Positions 41,523-52,640 of a stretch of DNA of 64,000 nt are shown here, in pieces. Made by a program: the position numbers and the translations under genes. This stretch comes from Octopus sinensis (taxonomy: Eukaryota): positions 126,976,001 to 127,040,000 of the forward strand of contig NC_042999.1 of NCBI RefSeq assembly GCF_006345805.1, in the 5' to 3' direction. Position 1 is the first letter of the stretch, and every line of letters begins with the position of its first letter. The notes below the pieces were generated by a model that worked only from the letters and a program-made list of their open reading frames with translations, searched no databases and was not told the DNA's origin.

Positions 41523-42722
41523 CTTCTTCTTTTTCTTTCGTCTCTGTCTCTGACTGTATATCTGTCCCCCTGTCTCTCCCTCTCTCTCTCCTTCCGTCTT
41601 CCTCCTCACCTATACTCTCTCTCTCTCTATCTCTATCTCTCTCTGAATACAAAGTGTTACTCTCTTTCTCTTTTCTTTTCCTCTGTCTTATTTGTCTCAA
41701 ACCCTTGTATTGGGCCAAACAATAAAAAAACAAAAAAACAGAAAAGAACAAAAACAAAAAACTGCAATGTATTTGTTTTAAGTAGACATCAGCTGAAATG
41801 ACATGCTATTATATTAGACCACTGAGATGGATGGATAGAGGAGTGGTGGTCGTGGTGGTGGCGGTGGTCATAATGCAGAATGGTGATGGCAGTGGTAGCT
41901 GATATGGAGCATGATTCACTCTTCCTTTGTTAATCTCTCCTTCCATGTCAATTTCATCACTCTGCACCACAAAAACTTAATTACAGGTTTTCAAGCCTCT
42001 ATAAGAGCAAGAAATCTCCAGATCTTCCTTCCGTTTTCCTTTTTAATGGGAAAGATGCTCTTTACAAAAATGGATGTGGTGTCATGTTCAAAAAAAAAAA
42101 AAAGAAAAAAATTCTAGGATGTTATTATGTTTTCTGTTATTATTGTTGTTATTGTTCTCTCTCTCACTCTCTTTTTCTCTCTCTGTGTCTGTCCCATTTT
42201 GTTCAAGTTTATACCCTTTTCTTTTCTTTCAGTTGTAACTACCTAAATACTTACCTACCCTCCTATCTTCCTACCTACATACCTGCATACCAATTAATCT
42301 ATTAATCTGTTTGTCTGTCTGCTTTTCTGTCTAGGTGTCTGTATCTTTGTCATCTATCTATTTGCCTATAATATGCATACTATAATATATCTATCCTTCT
42401 ACCTGTCCATTCATGTCTGCCTCTGTTTCTTCCCTTTCACTGTTTCTTTCTTTGTGTTCATCGTTCCCTGAGTTCATTACTCACACCTATTTTCTCAAAA
42501 CCTATTTTCTCCATTCACCAATTCAGAATACTACTTACTAAGCCATGTTACAAATGTTTCTTGATTATTTTCCTCCATTGCAAAACTATGACCATTTCAG
42601 ACAATATAGAAAAAAAATGTAATCTTAGTAACCATGATAAAATTATATTAGCATTTTCTATCTTGTCATATTTTCTTTATAAATATATATATATACACAC
42701 ACACAAACACACATATGTAAAC

Positions 42723-42754
<32 letters not shown>

Positions 42755-43359
42755 TTTACAAATATGTATATACATATACACACGTACATATGTAAATTTT
42801 AAATATATATATATATATCTATTTCTTTACTACCCACAAGGGGCTAAACATAGAGGTGACAAACAAGGACAAAAGAAGGGATTAAGTCGATTACATCGAC
42901 CCAGTGCAAAACTGGTACTTTATTTATCGACCCCGAGAGGATGAAAGGCAAAGTCGACCTCGGTGGAATTTGAACTCAGAACATAACGACAGACAAAATA
43001 CCACCAAGCATTTCGCCCGGCACACTATATATACCATCATCATCGTTTAATGTCCGTTTTCTATGCTGGCATGGGTTGGACGGTTTGCCTGGGGTCTGGG
43101 AAGCCAGGAGGCTGCACAAGGACCCAATCTGATCTGGCAGTGTTTCTACAGCTGGATGCTCTTCTAGAGGAGCTGGCATCGACCATGATCGGATGGTGCT
43201 TTTCACATGCCACCGTCACGGAAGCCAGTCAAGGCCACATTCAGATGGTGCTTTTTACGTGCTACCAACACGGGGCTCACAACTACAATTTCCATTTGAT
43301 TTGATTGAGTAGAGATGGTTTTTTGGGGGGAGATAATTTTTATTTTAATAATAATAATC

Positions 43360-43860
43360 ATCATCCTCATCATCGGTTAATGTCCCCTTTCCATGCTGGC
43401 ATGGGTTGGACAGTTTGATTGAGGACTGACAAGCCAGATGGCTGCACCAGGCTCCAGTCTGATCTGGCAGAGTTTCTACAGCTGGATGCCCTTGCTAACA
43501 CCAACTACTTCAAGAGTGTAATGGGTGCTTTTACATGCCACCGGCATGAGGGCCAGTCAGGCGGTACTGGTAACAGCCACACTTGAATGGTATTTTTACG
43601 TGCCACCTGCACAGGAGCCAGTCCAGCGGCACTGGTAACAACCTCGCTCGAATGTTCTTTTTCACGTGCCAGTAAGGGGATGCTGGTAACAATCACACTC
43701 AAATGGTGCTTTTTACATGCCACTGGCATGGGAGCCAGTCAGTGACCTTGGCAATGATCACAACAGATGGTGCTCTTAATGTTCCACTAGCATGGATGCC
43801 AGTCAGGTGGTGCTGTCATCGACCACATCAGCGAATTTGATTTTGATTTCACTTGCCTCA
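43360..43860 (-). mobile_element. Family C element with five internal tandem units of about 64 bp
   Basis: The motif GTGCTTTTTAYRTGCCAC, or a degenerate variant of it, occurs at 43525, 43590, 43654, 43706 and 43770. Confidence 0.8.
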
Positions 43861-43921
43861 ACAGGTCTTCACAAGCAGAGTTTAGTGTCCAATGAAAGAA
43901 AGGTACACATAAGTGGGCTGG

Positions 43922-44406
43922 TTACATTTCTAAATATCTCAGAGAGATATAAGCAGTAGTGGTACGATAGAGTAGTTGTATACAGTCCCATGAAGGGAAT
44001 CACACTACTGCTATTTAGCCCTAGGAAGTATCAACTCTTTAGAAATGTAATATTTCTATTTTTGAAATCAGTGGATTTATTTCACTGAAATTCTTATATG
44101 TTTACAAGGGCTAGACAGGCATCTCCAACTAGCAGGCCATGCTACTCCAGACTGATGATGAGCAAAGACTCAGAAACTAGTCTCTGGATACAGGCTTAAC
44201 TGGGTGGAGGTGCTTGTCTCCCCCTTGTAAACATAAGGACACAGGAAATGTGTCAAGGCTGACAGGAAGCGTTGATGCTTCCTAGGGCTAAATAGCAGTG
44301 GTGTGATTCCCTTCATGGGACTGTCACATTAAGTTGACAGTATACAACTACTCTATCATACCACTACTGCTTATATCTCTCTGAGATATTTAGAAATGTA
44401 ATATTT
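43922..44406 (+). mobile_element. Hammerhead-bearing 351-nt unit (44038-44406) with an inverted partial copy of its own 3' end (43922-44035); PLE pLTR- or retrozyme-like
   Basis: An 18-nt direct repeat TTTAGAAATGTAATATTT lies at 44038 and 44389. The arms 43922-44035 and 44271-44401 differ by 3 substitutions and a 17-bp deletion. The element ends in (TA)n. Confidence 0.85.
44146..44188 (+). ncRNA. Intact minimal type I hammerhead ribozyme; predicted cleavage after 44182 (GUC)
   Basis: TCCAGA-CTGATGA-TGAG caaaga CTCA-GAAA-CTAG-TC-TCTGGA: full core, 6-bp stem I, 4-bp stem II, palindromic ACTAGT stem III. Confidence 0.85.
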
Positions 44407-45429
44407 ATATATATATATATATATATATTTAATCTATATTTGTCAGTTGTTGATAAGCACATCACTTCCATATCCTACCTCAACTGTAAGATTTAGTAGT
44501 TGCATTTCTTTGATAGTGTCTCTCCTTCTCTTTCCCCCCCCCCTTCCCCTCTCTATATATATGCCTTTTGGTTGTCATTAATAAGGGTGCTAAACTGTCA
44601 AAGTTTCTGTTTCAATTACTTACATTCTGGTACTTGAATTATCACACTACAGCTGGTTTAGTAATAACTTTAATGTGCCAATAGATTCCTGGAGTCATTG
44701 TTGGTTCTCTGATGATTCAATAACTTTCAATTGCTGGCTAATAAGTTGATTTCTTCTGAGGCATGCAGCTATAGAAATGACAAACATGATACTTCTTTAC
44801 ATATTTAGTCATGTGGAAGGTACACTTTAATGGTATCTGAAGTGGGAAATGTACTTTTGAGCATTAATGTGTTGTATTTGAGCTTATATTAATGTCAACT
44901 ATTGTTCAGGTATAAATATGTTCACTGAAGTTTTTGGAACTGTTATGGAAATTGTGTCTTGTTGGAAAGATTATATTACCGAACAAGGTTAATAGTTTAG
45001 AACCTTGAAGTTAGGGAACTGTTCCCTAAGGACTGGGTACAATGTACAATGTGATTGTTTTTGCTTGAGATAAGAAAGAAATATGTTTGTCAGATGAACT
45101 GTTTTAGGACATGTGAGAGACCCATGGTTATTGGAAAAGGTAAACATAATATGGGTGTTAAGATTTAAAAAAAAAAAAAGGATTTCCAGGACGTACAAGC
45201 AATAAAAACGTGGTTTCAGTTAAGGGAACACCCAGGAGATTGATGATGGGGGCTGGAAATTACATGTATATGTGTACAAACATTAAACACATGCACTCAC
45301 ACACACACACACATACACACACTCATACACACACACGCGCACACATACACACACACACCCACACACACACATACACACACACACACGCACGAAATGTTTG
45401 AGCAATATAATCTTACAAACAGTTTGTTC

Positions 45430-45850
45430 TAGCACAACTTAAAATCTGCAGACATAAGTTGTACACATACCACCACCAGCAGCACCACCAGCACCAGCAC
45501 CACCAGTACCACCAAAACCACCACCACTACCACCACCAGCACCAGTACCACCAAAACCACCACCACTACCACCACCACCACCACCACTGTTACTACTCTT
45601 ACTACTATTACCACTATCATCACTGTTACAACCACAGTTCTACCTCAACAAATGTCCCCTTGTACCACTGTTGCCACAAGCATCACCACAACACCAACAC
45701 TACCACCACCACCTACCACCACCACCACAACCACCACCACTACCAGCATCAGCATCAAAAGATTTATTAAATATGTAATACAAACATCTATAGTGTATAG
45801 AACATTTTTAAGGACCCATGCTAAGTTTTGGGTTTGATGGTTATTAAAAA
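45430..45850. repeat. (ACC)-rich array followed by a unique tail shared with 32400-32490
   Basis: AAAAGATT.ATTA.ATATGTAATA.AAA...TTTAAGGACCCATGCT.AG.TT.TGG.TT..ATGG follows both arrays. Confidence 0.75.
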
Positions 45851-47074
45851 AATAAAAGAGAAATCTCTCCTTGAGTAGGATGCTAGTTTATTGCTTGTAG
45901 CCTTTCCAGATAATCTAACACTAATACAGAATAATGTGTGCTGTCTAGAAAACACACTGAGATGACTCCACTGGATTTTAATTCATAACTTAAGAGCAGG
46001 AAGTTCTATTCCTTATCCAAATCTCTACATTTAACTCTTTTGCAACCATATTTATGTTAAAATCTATTGCCTTTGTTTATTTTGATTTTGAAAATATTGA
46101 AGAATTTAGAAGAATAACTGTCATTATCAAACTAGTGTTTAAGGCAGGAAAACAATTGTTAGAAGGCCTAGAAAAATAGTGGTGTTTCATCCATTCTTAT
46201 ATTCTGAGTTCAAATTCTGTCAAGGTTAACTTTACCTTTTATCCTTTTGTCGTTGATAATATAGGTACTAGTTGATCTCTGTGGTCAATGTAATCGACTA
46301 GCCCCCTCCCCCAAACTTGCTGGCCTTGTGCCAAAGCTTGAACCATTATTACGCTGGTATTTAAGATGTCAAGCTGGCAGATTTGTTATAGCACCAGACA
46401 AAATACTTAGAGGAATTTCGTCCCATCTTTATGTTCTGAGTTCAAATTTCTCTGAGGCTAACTTTGTCTTTCATCCTTTCAGAGTCGATGAAATAAAATA
46501 TCAGCTGAGTACTGGAGTTGATGTAATCAACTAGCCACCTTCCTCATAATTTCAGACCCTGTGCCTATAATAGAAAGGATTATTAAATTGGTGTTTGAAA
46601 CATAAATCAACATGAAATTTTGATGGTCAGTTTAAAATTAGGTCACTTTGATACAATAACTTTGATGAAATTAGGTCACTTTGATACATACGTGAATTTG
46701 TATCATAGAATAAAGGATGATTTCCGGTAGGGTTCATATCAAAAGGATTAATACACGATTAGAACTATAATTAACATTTACTGTTCAAGAAAATATTGTA
46801 TATTATTGATTACTGTCATAGACACAAGGTTTGAAAATAACTGGCAGTGTATTTTATGGATCCTAGAGACATTAGTAGGATTTGAGCTCAGAACATAAAA
46901 TGCTAGAACAAATGCTGCAAGGTCTTTTTTTTCCTTGACATCTAGATTCAGTCAACAATATACATTATTAATCACCATTTTTACAGGAAAAACAAACTTC
47001 TAAAACCATTTATTCGTTGTTGATATATGAGTGTGTGTGATTGTGTGTGCATGTGTTCCTCTGTCATCTTTGCC

Positions 47075-47111
<37 letters not shown>

Positions 47112-47115
<4 letters not shown>

Positions 47116-47444
47116 AGGCGCATGGCTCAGTGGTTAGAGCGTCGAGCTTACGATCGTGAGGTTGTGAGCTCGAATCCCGAACCGGGCTGCGTGTTGTGTT
47201 CTCGAACAAGGCACTTTATTTCACGTTGCTCCAGTTCACTCAGCTGTAGAAATGAGTTGCGACGTCACAGGTGCCAAACTGTATCGACCTTTGTCTTTCC
47301 CTTGGATAACACTGGTAGCGTGGAGAGGGGAGGCTGGTATGCATGGGTGACTGCTGGCCTTCCATAAACAACCTTGCCCGGACTTGTGTCTAGGAGGGTA
47401 ACTTTCTAGGTGCAATCCCATGGTCATTCATGACCGAAGGGGGT

Positions 47445-47447
<3 letters not shown>
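47112..47447 (+). mobile_element. Young tRNA-derived SINE inserted in (TA)n (here called family D)
   Basis: A box TGGCTCAGTGG, B box GCTCGAATCCC and a central TTGTGTTC..GA.CAAGGCACTT block. Older relatives lie at about 40256-40540 and 50925-51170. Confidence 0.85.
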
Positions 47448-47485
<38 letters not shown>

Positions 47486-48433
47486 GAATTAGAGATATAT
47501 TTGTGGATTAACAAGGCAACCAGTGGTTTCATGTAGAAGAGATCTTGACAATTACTCCAAGCAAATCACTTTGGGAATGTTGGTACTCAGCTACAGTGTA
47601 CATTTGGTTACTTCATGTATTCTCATCCAAAATGGATACAAGCATTGACATTCTCAGAGATTTGCTTCAATAATTGTGGGGATCTCTTCCACATGAAAAC
47701 ATGCATTGCTTTGTTAATCCACAAATAAAGAATATTTATCTGCCTATGTGGTTTTGAGTGTTGAGTACTCATTCTCACTCTTTGATACAAGCATCTGCAC
47801 ACACACACACACACACACACACAAACACTCTTTCATATAAAATTGTATTTAGTGTTTGAGTTCATTCAGATGTATGAAGACTTTCCTCCTGTGAAAACAA
47901 GTGTTGGGCTGAGAACGAATCTTTGGGTCATAAGATGCATGCATTTCTGTGTTCTTTTACGACACCATTGAGACTGTTGAAAGGGAGGGAGAGGGAAAAG
48001 TATCTTTAACCTTTTTTGATACTAACCTGTCTGTAACTTCCTCTAGTTCTATTATACAAACTTCCTGTTTTAAGGTGATCTAAATATAAAACCACCAAAA
48101 TTTCATGTTAATTTATATTCCACATACCTTAATAGCTTAATAATGACAAAGCCTATTTTACTAAATTCATCATCATTTTCAAAATTAATTGAAAGTATGG
48201 CAGTGAATTTCAGCAGAAGTATGGTAATGGAAGGGTTAAATCAGAGAAACGGCTTGAATGCTTGAAACAGAGTGGGCTCCACTAAAGATGATCAATGTGC
48301 CAAGTGGAGATGTAAACCCTTTTGATACCAAACTGCATAAGCCCTCACTCCTGGTTTCAAGGTAGAAATTTCTATTTTTAAGTGATCTCAATTAAGACCT
48401 TCCTTCAAAATTTCTTGTTAATTTATGTTACAA

Positions 48434-48836
48434 GGTGTAGGAGTGGCTGTGTGATAAGTAGCTTGCTTACGAACCACATGGTTCTAGGTTCAGTCCCACT
48501 GCGTGGCACCTTGTGCAAGTGTCTTCTACTATAGCTTCAGGCTGACCAAAGCCTTGTGAGTGGATTTGGTAGACGGAAACTGAAAGAAGCCCATTGTATA
48601 TATGTATACATATATATATGTGTGTGTGTGTGTCTGTGTTTGTCCCCCAACATCGCTTGACAACCGATGCTGGTGTGTTTGCATACCCCGTAACTAAGTG
48701 GTTCAGCAAAAGAAACTGATAGAATAAGTACTAGGCTTACAAAGAATAAGTCCTGGGGGCGAATTGCTCGACTAAAGGCAGTGCTCCAGCATGGCCACAG
48801 TCAAATGACTGAAACAAGTAAAAGAGTAAAGAGTAA
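48434..48836 (+). mobile_element. Full-length tRNA-headed SINE with internal (TA)/(TG) tract (here called family A)
   Basis: GGAGTGGCTGTGTG...GGTTCAGTCCCACTGCGTGGCACCTTG.GCAAGTGTC...GTGCTCCAGCATGGCC..AGTCAAATGACTGAAACAAGTAAAAGAGTAA. More than ten partial copies lie elsewhere (e.g. 8445, 10520, 21360-21890, 24130-24480, 34920-36470, 39994, 59885). Confidence 0.9.
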
Positions 48837-49283
48837 CTATCAGTTTTATTATGATGAAATTATTTTTCTAAATTTCCATATTTTTGAAATTATGTGAAAC
48901 AAAAGCAGGGTCTTTCCTTGGTAACATAGTAACAGAAGGGTTAAACACAAGTGTAAAGAAAAATAAAATGAGGTAAGAAGTGAATAATGAAATATAATGT
49001 CCCAAATGCATAATGATAAACTAAGTAAATTATATTAACGTGAGTTGCAGCAGAAATAAAACACTATAGCCTTAGTTGATTATATTTTAATTTGATCTAA
49101 TGAGGAAATAATGACAGTAATAGTCTCAGGGTTAATAAATATGTTGGCTTTCATTAACAATGAAAAAGAAATTTATTAATATCAAATTTACTTGATATAT
49201 ACATGTAAAATAAATCAAAGTTATTTTTTAAATTAGAATCCTACAAACACATGCATACACACACACACACTCACACACACACA

Positions 49284-49360
49284 CCAATCACACACACACA
49301 CCAATCACACACACACACCAATCACACACACACACCAATCACACACACACACCAATCACA
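49284..49360. repeat. 17-bp minisatellite CCAATCACACACACACA, four full copies and one partial
   Basis: CCAAT starts at 49284, 49301, 49318, 49335 and 49352. Confidence 0.95.
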
Positions 49361-50072
49361 AATGTATGCACATGCATGTAAGCAGAAACACAATGCAATG
49401 CAATAACAGGTTAGCATTATTTTAAATTGAAGGAGAAAGGACAAATTATGAACAATGCCTCTTATATAATCTACTTTGATTTTGCTATTCATCAATGCTA
49501 CATTGAATTCTTGCAGCACTATATTAAAATTTCTTTTTGTGTGACATGGAATATCTGCATTGGTAATATACTGTTGAATCACTTCTTGATTGCTCAATTT
49601 TCAAAATTTCAAAAAATTTCCTGATTGTAGGAAGGAATTTTATCTCTTTGACTTTTCATTTCATTGGTAATGAAATATGAGATAAATATCTGGTTGGTTG
49701 AGTTACATCCATGGTGGAAGCCAAACTGTTCTTCAGCAAGCTTGGGCTTGACAATTTACCTACATCTCTTTTCAAGGCACCTAACATAGACTCAACATGG
49801 ACACTTCTTTATTGTTAGAGCACTCTCTCTTCTCTGCCTTTTTAAAAATTGGGATTGTGTCTGTTTGGCAGAATCATTAGCATGCCAGGTAAAATGCTTA
49901 GCAGCATTTTGTCTGTATTTACATGGAGTTCAAATTCTACCAAGATTGACTTTGCCTTTCATCCTCTCTGGGTCAATAAAACTCAAGTACCAGTTGAGCA
50001 CTGGAATCGATGTAATCAACTTACCCCCTCCCCAAAAATTGCTGGCCTCGTGCGGAAATTTGAAACCATTGC

Positions 50073-50121
<49 letters not shown>

Positions 50122-50487
50122 ATTATTATTATTATTATATAAGGCAGCAAGCTGGTAGAATTGTTAGCCCCCAAAATCAATTAGCCCCTTGCCCCAAAAT
50201 TTCAGGCCTTGCACCTGTAGTAGAAAGGATTATTATTATTATTATTATTATTATTATTTTTAAAGTAGTGAGTTGACAGAATCAGTAGCATGCCAGGGAA
50301 AATGCTTTGTGGCATTTCGTCCACCTTGACATTCTGAGTTCAAATTCCTCTGAAGTTGACTTTGCCTTTCATCCTTTTGTGGTTGAAGAAATAAGTACCA
50401 GTTGAACACTAGGGTTGATGTAAATGACTGGCCTTCTCCCCCAACATTTCAGAATTTGTATCTATAGTAGAAAGGATTATTATTATT

Positions 50488-50820
50488 GTATCATTTTATT
50501 TCTCAGAGCACTCGATTTTACTTACTCCAATTGAATCAGTGAGAGCAGACAGCAACCCGTTGTCAAATGTCCCACAGGATCTCTTTCTTCAATACTTAAC
50601 ACCCAAGTACCAATCTCAAAATCCTAGCTGTCCCCAATAGAGCAGTTTTTTGAGCATAATCTACCCTCACATCAATTCCAATTCTCCAATATATTTCTCA
50701 AATTTAGTTGTTAGTGCTCTCAGTGCCCCTGCTGGGATGATAGTTACTCTTTTCATTGCCCACATTCTTGCAATTTCGTTTTTTAACAGTTTGTACTTTT
50801 CCATCCTTTGCAGCTCTACA
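50488..50820 (-). mobile_element. Third R4/Dong-clade 3' fragment
   Basis: ELQRMEKYKLLKNEIARMWAMKRVTIIPAGALRAL...QKTALLGTARILRLVLGC*, then a short UTR and a (TAA)n tail. Confidence 0.8.
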
Positions 50821-52588
50821 GGGATAGTAGTGCTGTCAACTGTCCCTCCTTGCGATACACACAGGTTGATGAAATCATCCTACATACATTTGTATAGTAT
50901 TTGAGCATTGCTGACTTGTGTAGAAGTGCATGGCTTAGTGGTTAGGGTGTTAGACTCATAATCGTAAGATCCTATGGTTTCGATTCCTGGACTGGGCGTG
51001 TTGTGTTCTTGAGCAAAAAACTTCATTTCACATTACTCCAATCTACTCACCTGGCAAAAATGAGTAAACCTGCAACAGACTGGTGTCCCGCCCAGGTGGG
51101 GAATATATACATGATGAAACTGGGAAACCAGCCCTTATGAGTTAGTATGACTTCAGAAGGTAACTTCACCTTTTCTTTTTTTTTTACCTTTATTGCTGAC
51201 TTGTGAAGTTATGTTGAACAGCTACTATCACATTTAGGATGGATCCAGTTATCAACCAACTCCATCATGATCACTCTTCCATCTCCCCTTCATTGGGGAA
51301 GGGTAGGCAGTTTACCTCTTTCCAATGGCCATGGTGAAAGAGGTTATGTCATGGACTAAACAGAAATGACTGATGACAGACGCTTTCCAAGCCCTCATCA
51401 ACTTTTTAAATGAAAGTGAGGGTTTGAGATGGATGTGTTACTGCCTTGTAAAGTTGGTGAAGAGTGAGGATCTGGTGGGGATGGGCTGACTGGAGTCTGT
51501 TGGCTGAGGAGTACAGGGGAGAGAGGAGCATTTGCCATTGTACTCTTAGTGAGTAGGATGGCTCAGAATCTGTAGAGTTCCTTGGTTGCCCCTGACTGGC
51601 ATTTTCCTCGTACAGGAGAATTTTATTGTTAGAATTTCCTTGCTAATTGTTACTGTTTTCTTGGTTACATGTCTTTATGTAAATCCCTACTGTCTTTTCT
51701 TTTTGTATTGTTCTAAATAATTTTTGCATCCCTTGTGGCCAATAAAGAAATCACCATCATCATCATCATCATCATCATCATTGTTATCATTATTAATGTT
51801 GTAATAAAGAGGTGGTAGAATCATTAGCATGCCGGGCAAAATGGTTAACAGTATTTGGTCTGTCTTCACATTCTGAGTTCAAATTCCATTGAGGTCAACT
51901 TTGCCTTTCATCCTTTCGGGATCAATAAAATAAGTACCAGTTCCCTCCCCTAAAATTTGCAGGCCTTGTGCCTATAGTAGAAAAAAAAAAAGAATCATTA
52001 CTGTTGTTGTTGTTGTTAGAATCATTACAGATCAGACAAAATGCTTTGGGGCATTTTTTCTGGCTTAAATTCTTTCAAGATTGACTTTGCCTTCCATCAT
52101 TTCAGAGTTGATAAAATAAAGTATCAGTCGAGTAATGGGATCAATGTAATCAACTCCCTACTCACTCAAAAACTACTTGCTCTGTGCCAAAAATTTGAAA
52201 CTATTATTATTATTATTATTACTAGCTGGCCCAGTGCCCTCAAAAGTGATGGTTAATTGTAGTATTTTATATATAAATATGGATGGTAAATCAAATTAAT
52301 ACACTTGTCAACATTATCCAGTGGTTGTCTTTTGAGATGTGACATCGGTCATTGTTTGTTACTGACATTCACATACAAACATTCACATACTTCCCTTGTA
52401 CATGCATGCACACATACACACATATACTCACACAGAGTTGAAACACTGTTTGATTTTTCTTTTCAGCATTGCATGTTTACCATCCCACTTCCATTGCGTG
52501 CACACACACACACACATGTTTCATTTGCGAATAGGAATTACAAAGTTTTACATGTTAGACATATAAAATGTTACCCTGACTACCTTTA

Positions 52589-52640
<52 letters not shown>

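Noticed and set aside
43525-43835. CRISPR-like repeat-spacer appearance
   Set aside because: The 'spacers' are homologous to each other, the repeats are degenerate, the context is a eukaryotic SINE and there are no cas genes.
47116-47195. tRNA-like sequence with A and B boxes
   Set aside because: There is no proper acceptor stem, and it continues into a SINE body with relatives elsewhere in the window; it is a SINE head, not a tRNA gene.
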